From a virus (lineage: Duplodnaviria > Caudoviricetes), in the IMG/VR virus record IMGVR_UViG_3300043570_000610, positions 1-53,184 of that record: a stretch of DNA of 53,184 nt. One strand, 5' to 3'. The position numbers and the translations under genes were made by a program. This document shows, piece by piece, positions 38,396 to 46,908 of this stretch; the first letter of the stretch is position 1, and each line of letters starts with the position of its first letter. The notes under the pieces were generated by a model. That model saw only the letters and a list, made by a program, of their open reading frames with translations. It made no database searches and was not told the origin of the DNA.

Positions 38396-38986
38396 TTAAT
38401 AGACCACTTGGCCTTTCTCCTTGATCCATAGTTGAGAGAATTTGTCTTTGTCAAACTTAACAAAGACACGATACTTTGTTATCAAACGAGATACATCTTT
38501 CCATATAAAATCATTTGCTAACACAGTATTATTACTATACACAAAATTGAACAATTTGTCAAGAATAATTAGGGTTTCAAGACTAATTTTTTTACCAAGG
38601 TATAGTTTTAATGCTAAGGGATGTTGACCATCACTAATCAATGGATCAACATTTACTTTTTCAGCCTCTAATATCAGAGTAGAGATGTCTTGTGTGAACA
38701 GATATGTCAACTTCTCTTTTCTAGCCTTCCAGTCCCGATACACGTTATCGCTTTCGGCATCGAAAAGACCGTTATGTCCATTGACAAAGTTAGCAACGAA
38801 ATAATCTACCATCTCAGTAAAGGTAAATCGTTTGGCTAACTTGCGAAACAACAGAACATCCTTACGTTTAAGGAATGTTTCTCTCTTACATCTAACGCCC
38901 GATTTCGTTTTTGTGATATCGTAATCATCAGAAGTAAAATGAAGTTTGAGTGACATGTAGACACGATAAACTTCGAAAGAATCCAT
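38396..38986 (-). CDS. gp59: Helicase loader gp59
   Basis: Y..YMSLKLHFT...YD, F.KRKD...F.KL and ISLETL.ILD; T4 gene order 33-59-32. Confidence 0.85.
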   Translation of the reverse strand: MDSFEVYRVYMSLKLHFTSDDYDITKTKSGVRCKRETFLKRKDVLLFRKLAKRFTFTEMVDYFVANFVNGHNGLFDAESDNVYRDWKARKEKLTYLFTQDISTLILEAEKVNVDPLISDGQHPLALKLYLGKKISLETLIILDKLFNFVYSNNTVLANDFIWKDVSRLITKYRVFVKFDKDKFSQLWIKEKGQVVY

Positions 38987-39243
38987 TAGAAGGGTAGCTT
39001 TCCATCCTTGCGCTTCAACATATTTAGTTCTTCTGCTTCCGCACGAATCTTTTCTTTGAGTGAAGTAGTTAACAGAACAGATGCTGATTCCATTTCTATA
39101 TCATTCTTTACGCAATAATCAACTAGCAAGTCCATACACTGTAGACCTGTTGTCGATGCTTGCTTCTCAATAAATTGAGAAAACTCAGTAGAAGTTCTAA
39201 ACTTCTTCGTAATCAGAAATTCGTTGCTGACTTCATCTACCAC
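38986..39243 (-). CDS. gp33: Late transcription coactivator gp33
   Basis: FS..IE, D..VDYC..NDIE.E and LKEKI..EA..LN.LK; GTG 39243 has SD GAGGA (ORF track extends to 39276). Confidence 0.85.
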   Translation of the reverse strand: MVDEVSNEFLITKKFRTSTEFSQFIEKQASTTGLQCMDLLVDYCVKNDIEMESASVLLTTSLKEKIRAEAEELNMLKRKDGKLPF

Positions 39244-39778
39244 TTGAAAATCCTCGACCATAAAATTGTGTTCCACTCATTTCATTTTTATCAAAAAGAT
39301 ACCAACAAGCATTGTCCTTGCCAGTAAACTTACTATCTTCAATCCACTTTACTCTACCTATGGCCACAACCTTACTACAATATTGTAGATAGGGTATTGC
39401 TTGTTTAGTATGCATCCAATCAGCATCAAAGAGAAGCCACGTAGGACGAATACTAGCAAACCTATCAATCAATGGATGTAGTATCCATCTAGACCAAGGG
39501 GGATTAGTTATAATATACTCGGTATTTGCGGGAATGTCAACAGTTAATGCATCATATTTTTCAATAAAAGTGTCTTTGGGATCGAGATCAGAAACCAAAG
39601 TAGCTACTGCATTACTGTCTGTTAAGGTGTCGATATGCCTACAGAGTCTACCGTCGCCGGCACAAGGCTCAGCGAAGGTAAACTCCGAGGGAAGAAAGGG
39701 TAAGAGAGGCTTTACTGCATCCAACGGAGTCGGATAGAAGTCGTTCTTACGATGTTCAAAGTTGCTTCTCTTACCCAT
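39233..39778 (-). CDS. DNA amino-methyltransferase (N6-adenine type)
   Basis: DFYPTP, motif I EPCAGDG and motif IV ITNPPW. Confidence 0.8.
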   Translation of the reverse strand: MGKRSNFEHRKNDFYPTPLDAVKPLLPFLPSEFTFAEPCAGDGRLCRHIDTLTDSNAVATLVSDLDPKDTFIEKYDALTVDIPANTEYIITNPPWSRWILHPLIDRFASIRPTWLLFDADWMHTKQAIPYLQYCSKVVAIGRVKWIEDSKFTGKDNACWYLFDKNEMSGTQFYGRGFSSGR

Positions 39779-39781
39779 TCA

Positions 39782-40387
39782 TTATCCTGCATAAAATATA
39801 TGATCACCAATTTTAGCTACTCTACGAAGATTCCAACCTGGATTTACATAGTCGGCATGGTAGAATAGAACATTTTTTCCTAATACGCCATGATTAGCCC
39901 CTGCGAACAATACCTTCTCAGCCACTCTTTTGGCTTGTGCGTATTGTTGCGCACTGCGCACACTCTTCTTTCCTTCGCACACCCACGAGAACTGACACAC
40001 ACGTTTTGTTCTCTGGTATACAACGGAGCATACAGATTTAGGAAACTTGGGGCTATTTACCCTATTGATAGTAACGGCCGCGACGGCCAATTTGCCTTGT
40101 GTAGACTGGTTACCAGCCTCATAATAGATGTTGTCTGCGAGACACTTCAATTCTCTATTATTTGCCAGACGAATATTTTGTGTCTGGATTCTTTGTTGTG
40201 TTACTTTACGTTGTTGTTCTTGGGCATCTTCTTTGATACCCTGGATTACTTCTCCGACGCCGAGGGAATATTCCCTTGCTTCTCTTTCGATGGCAGTTTC
40301 AGCATATGAATTAATTCCATATAAACTATAACTTAATAGTGTAATAATCGAAAGAAACTTGAAAAACTTCTTATTAAAGGAAGTCAT
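39782..40387 (-). CDS. Cell wall hydrolase, SleB/Hydrolase_2 family
   Basis: CLADNIYYEA, AVAAVTINRV..P.FP.SVC.VVYQ, CQFSW, FYHADYV.P.W and IGDHIFY; N-terminal signal/TM segment. Confidence 0.9.
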   Translation of the reverse strand: MTSFNKKFFKFLSIITLLSYSLYGINSYAETAIEREAREYSLGVGEVIQGIKEDAQEQQRKVTQQRIQTQNIRLANNRELKCLADNIYYEAGNQSTQGKLAVAAVTINRVNSPKFPKSVCSVVYQRTKRVCQFSWVCEGKKSVRSAQQYAQAKRVAEKVLFAGANHGVLGKNVLFYHADYVNPGWNLRRVAKIGDHIFYAG

Positions 40388-40446
40388 CTTATTTCCATTT
40401 TTTTGTTATACTTGAGAGGGTATTAACCAGTGACTCCCCACACTGA

Positions 40447-40483
40447 TTGTCCGAAGACAAAAAATGACCCATTAATGGGTCAT
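40447..40483 (-). terminator. Terminator downstream of the tmRNA, followed by a cUUCGg hairpin
   Basis: Perfect palindrome ATGACCCATTAATGGGTCAT followed by a T-run, then TTGTC-TTCG-GACAA. Confidence 0.65.
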
Positions 40484-40489
40484 ACAACT

Positions 40490-40847
40490 ATTTAGCATTC
40501 ATAGGTTCTTACATCACTCATTTCATCGTATATACAGAACAGGTAATAGTTTTATTCTGTTTCGAGGGAAAACTATCAAAAACCCAATGAGATTATGCGG
40601 CTAGCGCATATCCTGCAAAGGCAACGTTATCGTTTGCATTTACGTTTTGTGGCACTTTGCCAAGCAATCAGTCTCGAACCGCCCTATTACACGAAAATCG
40701 ATATCCAGGTCACCCCCATCAACTACCAAGTGCCGAATTACATACGCAATTCCCGTGCCAAGCAAACTAAACACTTGATAGATGGTGGAGGTGCGGGGAG
40801 TCGAACCCCGGTCTTTCCGCCTTTATTGTTGATTGTCAACAACTGAT
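40490..40847 (-). ncRNA. ssrA: Circularly permuted (two-piece) tmRNA; tag (A)ANDNVAFAGYALAA
   Basis: Acceptor piece about 40847-40783 ends GGGGTTCGACTCCCCGCACCTCCACCA. Coding piece starts GGGGGTG at 40717 and forms a 7-bp acceptor stem with G3:U70. Tag ORF is 40637-40593. The 3' end of the coding piece is approximate. Confidence 0.92.
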
Positions 40848-40853
40848 AATCTA

Positions 40854-40882
40854 TATATAAGACATAAGTCCTTATTTGTCAA
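40854..40882 (-). promoter_or_regulatory. Sigma70-type promoter of the tmRNA
   Basis: TTGACA-N17-TATATA; predicted start at about 40847. Confidence 0.7.
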
Positions 40883-41540
40883 TACCTTTTTCAAACAAAT
40901 CGCGAGTTTCAATAAGTTTTTTAGCCCAGTTGTCACGCTTTTCTATGAACACCTGAGGCTCGTCACCGTCTACGGCAATCAAGATGATGAGATAGGGAAC
41001 AGGAATACCAGTCCGTTCTTCATACATGATTGCATATGCAGCGGTCTGCATAAAGTAGGAACTGATATATTCCTTCTTCTTGGGCCGATTGGAAGTCTTA
41101 AAGTCGATTACAGCCCGAGTACCGTTGTATTCACCGATACAGTCAACACGACCAGCCATACGTAAGAAGTCGCTGTATAATGCCAGCTCTTGGCAATGAA
41201 TGTTATCGATAGGCTCAAGAATTGACTTAAACTTAGTGAACATTTCCCTGTCGAGCAAGGACGCTTTTACACCATCAAAATCAACTTCTTCATTCTTTAG
41301 ATATGCTTCGGTAAGTGTGTGGATTTTAGTACCACGAGTAGAAGCCTGCTTAGAAATACGATTGGCTTCTTCTTCCCCGACACGCTCACGCCACTTGTTG
41401 ATTGAGTCTTTGTTTAAGACCCCTAGAACGGTGGTAGCAGAGGGATATCCAACACCTGCGGCATTGACGTAAACTCTGCTACCATCTTCTCTTGTTTCAT
41501 CTTGGGCGAAATCAGTATAATCATAGATTGTTTTGAACAT
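40872..41540 (-). CDS. PD-(D/E)xK exonuclease (Cas4/RecB-like phage exonuclease)
   Basis: YPSATTVL, RGTKIH, AGRVDCI, VIDFKTS and YFMQ..AYA. Confidence 0.85.
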   Translation of the reverse strand: MFKTIYDYTDFAQDETREDGSRVYVNAAGVGYPSATTVLGVLNKDSINKWRERVGEEEANRISKQASTRGTKIHTLTEAYLKNEEVDFDGVKASLLDREMFTKFKSILEPIDNIHCQELALYSDFLRMAGRVDCIGEYNGTRAVIDFKTSNRPKKKEYISSYFMQTAAYAIMYEERTGIPVPYLIILIAVDGDEPQVFIEKRDNWAKKLIETRDLFEKGIDK

Positions 41541-41545
41541 ATACT

Positions 41546-41574
41546 CTTATAACATGATTCTCATAGTTTGTCAA
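41546..41574 (-). promoter_or_regulatory. Sigma70-type promoter, probably producing a leaderless mRNA
   Basis: TTGACA-N17-TATAAG ends 5 nt before the exonuclease ATG. Confidence 0.65.
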
Positions 41575-41579
41575 GTCTT

Positions 41580-42335
41580 TTATGCGTATCTCTCCTCATA
41601 TTCTAGTCTGGCTAGAATATATTCCTTAACCAATTTGGACCTTACTATATCATGAACAGTAAACTCTAGTGTTTTGAACGAAGGCATTAGTTCTGCGATA
41701 GCGATAAACTTTTGAAGTCCCGACATATCGTTCTTTTTATATAAATCAGTTTGACGGAAATCTCCGCAAAAGATGATCTTTGAGTTTCTGCCAATTCGGG
41801 TCATAATCGAATTGAGTTCCATATCCGTCATATTCTGACATTCATCAACAATGACGATGGAATTATCTAGAGTGATACCACGAACAAACGAGGTGATCAT
41901 AAAGTTCACCGACTTTTGTTCTTGCAATCGCTGAAATGGCTGGATATGATTAAACAAATCCTCGCAGATTTCTACATAAGGTAACTGATAAACTTCTGTC
42001 TTTTCTTTTTCATCACCCGGTAGGTGACCAATTTCTCTTGATGGAACAGCAGAGCGGACTATTACTACTCGCTCAAATACTGTTTCTGGATCTAGTGCTT
42101 CTTCTAGTGCCTTAAAAAGCGCGATGTAGGTTTTCCCTGTTCCTGCTACACCGTGTAATAAAATTGCTGGGGACTGTTGGTCGTAAAGTTCAAAAAATCG
42201 TCTCTGATTAAAGTTTTTTGGTTGAATATTTTTTAGGTCTTCGTATTTTACTTTGCATAGCTTACTCTTCTCTAAGGTTACAGGAGCATCGTTATTTGAG
42301 ACAACTTGTAATGGGATTTGTTTTTTTCTTGCCAT
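41580..42335 (-). CDS. phoH: PhoH-family ATPase
   Basis: GVAGTGKT, IGHLPGD..EK, FVRGITL, IVDECQN, GDFRQTDL and DIVRS.LVKEYI. Confidence 0.92.
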   Translation of the reverse strand: MARKKQIPLQVVSNNDAPVTLEKSKLCKVKYEDLKNIQPKNFNQRRFFELYDQQSPAILLHGVAGTGKTYIALFKALEEALDPETVFERVVIVRSAVPSREIGHLPGDEKEKTEVYQLPYVEICEDLFNHIQPFQRLQEQKSVNFMITSFVRGITLDNSIVIVDECQNMTDMELNSIMTRIGRNSKIIFCGDFRQTDLYKKNDMSGLQKFIAIAELMPSFKTLEFTVHDIVRSKLVKEYILARLEYEERYA

Positions 42336-42365
42336 GACAGTCCTTTAGGGGGTTTGAGTTGATAC

Positions 42366-42397
42366 AAAAAAGGCGACCCTGCTATTGCAGAGTCGCC
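42366..42397 (-). terminator. Rho-independent terminator upstream of phoH
   Basis: GGCGACTCTGC-AATA-GCAGGGTCGCC followed by TTTTTT. Confidence 0.8.
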
Positions 42398-42459
42398 GAG
42401 TGCCAAGGGAGGCACGATAGCTGGAGGAGGTGAGATCGGTATAACTGTCTTCATGTAGT

Positions 42460-42467
42460 TATTTATT
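42460..42467 (-). promoter_or_regulatory. Late promoter variant AATAAATA
   Basis: Overlaps the upstream stop codon; 5 nt before ATG 42454. Confidence 0.45.
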
Positions 42468-43011
42468 GTGTTGCGTCTTTCCACCAGCTAGGAATATCAC
42501 GATTTTTCCATTTTGCCATAGTTTTTTTCGCACCGATATAATAGTTACGATATGACTGTAAGGAGTCGCCCGATACTTTATATTCATCTGGCATAGCAGG
42601 TGTCGGTTGTGTTAAATGACTTACAGGAATATTTCTGGGCGGCTTGCGAAGAAAATAAACTAGTCGGTCAGTGGCATGAATTCTGCCATAGCGATGAGTG
42701 TATTCTGTAAGCAGGGATTGGAATAGACACATAAGCCAAGTATAATTATTGTTAGACTGGCGAACCCAGACAGCACTCGGATGATTGATATGTGTGGCTT
42801 TGTAGAGAACGGTTTCTAGCGTATTGTCTTCCATTCGCCATCTCTTGATTGAACGGCCATTAGCAGTCTTGTCCAGATATTGTTCACCGTCAATTACACG
42901 GTGAGCGGTAGATAACAGTTGTGCATATTCTATAATCATCTTGACAACATGCTTGTCATTATGATATTCAGCGCACTTGGAAACGTCACGGTCCAAATAA
43001 AAGATATTCAT
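42463..43011 (-). CDS. Pyrimidine-dimer DNA glycosylase/DenV-related protein
   Basis: MNIFYLD, DKHVVKMIIEYAQLLSTAH, LYKATHINHPS..W and EYTHRYG..H. Confidence 0.65.
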   Translation of the reverse strand: MNIFYLDRDVSKCAEYHNDKHVVKMIIEYAQLLSTAHRVIDGEQYLDKTANGRSIKRWRMEDNTLETVLYKATHINHPSAVWVRQSNNNYTWLMCLFQSLLTEYTHRYGRIHATDRLVYFLRKPPRNIPVSHLTQPTPAMPDEYKVSGDSLQSYRNYYIGAKKTMAKWKNRDIPSWWKDATQ

Positions 43012-43017
43012 GATATA

Positions 43018-43290
43018 TTAACTTTCTTCAATAGATTCACGTATGCAGCGTATATGCTCTTTTGCTACACTTGATATTATATCAGATTCCCTCGCAATGT
43101 CAAGACATTCTATAACTTCAATTGGGTCCATTTCTAATAAATCGTCCATCATGTTTCTTTCTGGTGTAACTCCGAAAGCATTTACGCAAAATAAAACAAT
43201 CTCAATATCGGCATCCGTATACAACGGTATGCGATAGCGTCTAGGTTCCTTACGAAACTTGTCTGGAAACTTTAGAATATTATTAGTCAT
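43018..43290 (-). CDS. Hypothetical protein
   Basis: 90-aa ORF starting NILKFP; AATAAATA lies 5 nt upstream. Confidence 0.6.
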   Translation of the reverse strand: MTNNILKFPDKFRKEPRRYRIPLYTDADIEIVLFCVNAFGVTPERNMMDDLLEMDPIEVIECLDIARESDIISSVAKEHIRCIRESIEES

Positions 43291-43301
43291 GTTAATATTT
43301 A

Positions 43302-44735
43302 TTATGAAAAGACTTTCACGCCATATTTCGCTTCAAAATCATCAGCATCTTTAAAGTTATTCACCATCGGCATACCCTTGATATTGAGACTTGTATTCAA
43401 TAGCATTGGACAACCAGTTTCTTCATACCACCTACTAAGAAGGGCATATAGTCCCGGGTGTTGCTCTTTTGTCACAGTTTGGACGCGAGATGTCCCATCA
43501 GCATGAACAATAGCAGGAAACTGATCAGGATATTTACATCTTGAAGTATATTGCATATAAGGGGAGTCTTCCCATGACATTTCAAAGTAGTCTCGCGCAC
43601 GTCCTGCCAGAATGACTGGAGCAAATGGGCGAAATTTTTGACGCTTTTTAATAGCATTTACTTTATCCTTAATGTCATGACCTCTTGGATCAGCTAGAAG
43701 GCTGCGATTACCTAATGCTCTAGGGCCGAATTCTGCTTGACCATTTGCAACACCTACTATACCAGTCTTATGCAATTCTGTCAAGAGTTTTTCTACCGGA
43801 TATTCTCCTCCCATATCTGCGCCGAGATATGGACCCTTCCATTTCAATTTTTGTCTGTTGTTAGCTGCAATCGCACCCAAGGAACTTCCTGCATCACCCG
43901 GATTTGGCATAATCCAAACGTTCTTGAAGTATTTTCTAGCAAGATGATTTGCAGAACAGTTTAACGCACAGCCACCCATAAGAACAAGATTATCTTGTGC
44001 GGCATCTTTCATTTTTGCTCGTATCAGAAGTTTTTCGAATTCTTCTTCATAGACTTTTTGAGTTGCCGCAGCGACACTATAAATGTCCAGGTCTCCGTCA
44101 TCTGGCCGCCACCAGCGACATCCACGATGCAGGTTCTCAGATTTCCAAAGATTTTTTACTTCATCATAATACTTTCCAGGATCACCATATGCTACCATTC
44201 CCATTAAGATATATTCGTCTTCATTGGGCTTTAACCCAATTCTATCTGTCATAGCAGAATAGAACAGACCCAAAGACTTAGGATAGTCCATAGACCATTT
44301 CTTTTTGAGTTTACTACCAGAGCATTTCCAGATTGACGCAGTATCGAATTCACCGATAGCATCAATAACAAGAGCGGTTGCATTATCATACGGCGAAGTA
44401 TAGAAGCCAGCCGCGGCATGTGATTCATGATGAAATGCAAATTCTACCGGAATATCTTTTAGTCCGAAAGCAGCAAGATATTGTCTAACGCTAAATCTAA
44501 CCATGCCCTGACCCGCAAGCAATCGTCTCATAGCTCTAAGTTTAGGTTTTTCATACCAGTGAATTTTTTCTGGTTTACCAAACATCAATGCCGCGCGAAT
44601 TAAATCTACATTCAAGTCTTTGTCATTTTTGATACCCGAATACCGTTCAGCATGAGAAGCAAATAAAATTTCACTTCCATCAACTACTGTCAAAGATGCA
44701 TCATGTGCTGCTGCGGATATACCCCATTCAATCAT
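43302..44735 (-). CDS. Carbamoyltransferase, NodU/CmcH family
   Basis: HDAS, ERYS..K, HHESHAA, DAIGE, GGCALN, GDAG, EFGPRALGNRS, FRPFAP, H.DGTSRVQTV and LLNTSLN. Confidence 0.92.
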   Translation of the reverse strand: MIEWGISAAAHDASLTVVDGSEILFASHAERYSGIKNDKDLNVDLIRAALMFGKPEKIHWYEKPKLRAMRRLLAGQGMVRFSVRQYLAAFGLKDIPVEFAFHHESHAAAGFYTSPYDNATALVIDAIGEFDTASIWKCSGSKLKKKWSMDYPKSLGLFYSAMTDRIGLKPNEDEYILMGMVAYGDPGKYYDEVKNLWKSENLHRGCRWWRPDDGDLDIYSVAAATQKVYEEEFEKLLIRAKMKDAAQDNLVLMGGCALNCSANHLARKYFKNVWIMPNPGDAGSSLGAIAANNRQKLKWKGPYLGADMGGEYPVEKLLTELHKTGIVGVANGQAEFGPRALGNRSLLADPRGHDIKDKVNAIKKRQKFRPFAPVILAGRARDYFEMSWEDSPYMQYTSRCKYPDQFPAIVHADGTSRVQTVTKEQHPGLYALLSRWYEETGCPMLLNTSLNIKGMPMVNNFKDADDFEAKYGVKVFS

Positions 44736-44832
44736 AGATGAACGGATCCATTTTACGTAATTCTTTAATTCGTTTTAGATGCTTTCTTCTAGCAAAATAT
44801 GAATTAATTTTTTTTATCAGCCATTTTAACAT
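44728..44832 (-). CDS. Small 34-aa peptide ending DPFIYD
   Basis: Not in the ORF track. MLKWLIKKINSYFARRKHLKRIKELRKMDPFIYD; SD GGAG; overlaps the carbamoyltransferase start. Confidence 0.65.
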   Translation of the reverse strand: MLKWLIKKINSYFARRKHLKRIKELRKMDPFIYD

Positions 44833-44876
44833 AAAGTAACTCCGTAAAGTATAAGTGTGTAGCAATAGAAATTATC

Positions 44877-46232
44877 TCAATTCAATGTCTCGCAGTTTGC
44901 TCCAAAACCTATGACCCGAGTTTTTTCTGGTAACAATTTAATAAAACTTTTATACCTAGCTTGTGTTTCTTTTAGACCATAGTATCCATTGCTGAAATCA
45001 GTGCAAAATATATTAGAGATGTTAATTAATCCATTTTCAGATAGATGTGAACAAAGAGTTTCGGGAGAATTGAATAAATCACATTGAACAAAAACAACAT
45101 TACTTTTTCTAAATTCTTCAATCAATTTATTAAAGTTTTCTTCTCCGCCGAAATACGAAACAGTTCGCTGATAACTCTCCAGAAAATCTTTAGTGAATTC
45201 TCCTGATTCCGTAAAAACCTGTCCACCGAGACATTTAAATGTTTTTTTATGTGGATACTCCTGCATTAATTGCAATGGATTTTTATTACTGTGCATTAGA
45301 GTTTCAATCCACTGAATACTTTTTGGATTGAAGTCATATATCACAATTTTACCATCCTGCTTCAGTTTACCCCGATGTAAAATTTCTAAAAACTTGAACC
45401 CAGCGGCGGGAAACGCAGCGAAAGAATATTGCTTATTATTAAAATCAATTTTTATTTCTTCACTATTAAGAACCCAAATTTGATCAGAAAAGTTTCGAAG
45501 AGTATTAATAAAACGAATTTGATTGGGATTGGTAACTCCACAATTTCGTAATTCTTTTAGTGATTGTAATAGTTCATTGCCGTTATTCTCTGGGTAATAA
45601 TATGTCCGCTTGGATCGTATCGTGTCATTCCAATTACCGATTTCACAATTACCACGACTAGAAGCATTAAAGTAATTCCATCCCTGCTTGGTATGCTTCT
45701 GCGGTTTATATTCACCAGTATAGCGAATCCACAACGGTGTATAATCGTCATGGAAATTTTCTTCGCTTCTTTCTACAACCGGCAGTTCTTCAATTTTCTG
45801 TTCCCATGCACCATAACTTGGTTTACCACATTTAATCCAGTTGCGGCTATTAACTAACACAAACTGATGATGTAGCTCGTACCAATCTTCTTTCCATTCT
45901 AAGATGTGCCCGAACGCCATGTAGTTGGGACTGGAAAGTATTTCTTCTCTGATCTCAAAGAGGATAGACATGTCATAGATGCGAACACCCGCTGCCATAA
46001 ACAAGATATTCTTGTAAGTTCCGTGATACTTTGACATACCATCATCGATACTATCACATTCTAAAATTGATAATGTATTTTCGCGCCGCGCCAGTTGGTT
46101 AAACCTGAGCGCATAAAACTTAGTATACTCAACCATTCTTTTTGCAAGTTCTTTATTTTTAATCGTCTCAGTCGGAAAAATGCAAATTGCTAAATCTACA
46201 TCGTTGACAAAATTACCTTGCACGATATTCAT
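44877..46232 (-). CDS. Hypothetical protein, two-domain (possible transferase)
   Basis: 451 aa; YELHHQF and NFHDDYTPLW, then a Rossmann-like PAAG..IYDFN..CDLF..NISNIF segment. Confidence 0.5.
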   Translation of the reverse strand: MNIVQGNFVNDVDLAICIFPTETIKNKELAKRMVEYTKFYALRFNQLARRENTLSILECDSIDDGMSKYHGTYKNILFMAAGVRIYDMSILFEIREEILSSPNYMAFGHILEWKEDWYELHHQFVLVNSRNWIKCGKPSYGAWEQKIEELPVVERSEENFHDDYTPLWIRYTGEYKPQKHTKQGWNYFNASSRGNCEIGNWNDTIRSKRTYYYPENNGNELLQSLKELRNCGVTNPNQIRFINTLRNFSDQIWVLNSEEIKIDFNNKQYSFAAFPAAGFKFLEILHRGKLKQDGKIVIYDFNPKSIQWIETLMHSNKNPLQLMQEYPHKKTFKCLGGQVFTESGEFTKDFLESYQRTVSYFGGEENFNKLIEEFRKSNVVFVQCDLFNSPETLCSHLSENGLINISNIFCTDFSNGYYGLKETQARYKSFIKLLPEKTRVIGFGANCETLN

Positions 46233-46906
46233 AGTATTTCTCGTAAAAGTTCAGCGGGATTTGTAGTAAGTTTACCATGAATAATAATATGGTAACGATA
46301 TTCGTCGCTATCGTTGATAACAGCGTGTTTCTTACCAATGTCAAGTAAAAAACCAGAACCTTGCTTAAACGGAACAACGCCATGTCCTTCTATCACAAAC
46401 TCACAACCTTCTGGGTTATTAATCGCAAAATTAAAAGGTCCGAAGATTCTTCCGATACCATCTGTATGTGGCATAATATATCCCTGAGGACTCATTCTCA
46501 TGATACGAATTCTACCGTAATCTTTAAATGGTAGCGAATCAATTAGGTTTTTTGTCAATGGTAATTTCTCACAGACAGAAGTCCATTTATAGTTTGCTTC
46601 TTCTTCGCTGCTAAATCCATACCGATCATAATTTTCAGTTTTGTCGTAATCGATACCGTGCACCGTTAGCGAGTACCAACCCTCGTGACCATAACTTTCA
46701 ATTTTATCTTTTGCTCTGTGTTCTACAAAAAGTTCGCTAACAGCAGATAACTCTGCTATAATTTCATTGTAGTTATGAGTTCCTGTTGCGTTTACTTGCG
46801 ACCAGGGCCAATCTGTTTCCCACAGATTATTCGGAAACGTATTGGGATAATTCCATTGCTTCTTTTTGTTTTCTGTAAGAAAGTTGATCAGTTCTGTGTT
46901 AGACAC
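46229..46906 (-). CDS. Aspartyl/asparaginyl beta-hydroxylase-like 2OG-Fe(II) oxygenase
   Basis: RIRIMRM.P.GYI.PHTD and HAVIN.S...RYHIIIH; GTG 46906 is the likely start. Confidence 0.75.
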   Translation of the reverse strand: MSNTELINFLTENKKKQWNYPNTFPNNLWETDWPWSQVNATGTHNYNEIIAELSAVSELFVEHRAKDKIESYGHEGWYSLTVHGIDYDKTENYDRYGFSSEEEANYKWTSVCEKLPLTKNLIDSLPFKDYGRIRIMRMSPQGYIMPHTDGIGRIFGPFNFAINNPEGCEFVIEGHGVVPFKQGSGFLLDIGKKHAVINDSDEYRYHIIIHGKLTTNPAELLREIL

Positions 46907-46908
46907 AA

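Noticed and set aside
38189-38431. 80-aa hydrophobic plus-strand ORF resembling a holin
   Set aside because: Antisense to the 55-aa gene and the gp32 leader; its hydrophobicity follows from the complementary A-rich strand.
40783-40820. Apparent tRNA 3' half or attachment site
   Set aside because: Explained as the acceptor piece of the permuted tmRNA; no anticodon arm and no integrase nearby.
40595-40846. 83-aa plus-strand ORF
   Set aside because: Antisense to the tmRNA; no coding features.
40872-41540. Cas4 as part of a CRISPR system
   Set aside because: No array or other cas genes; this is a common stand-alone exonuclease of T4-like phages.
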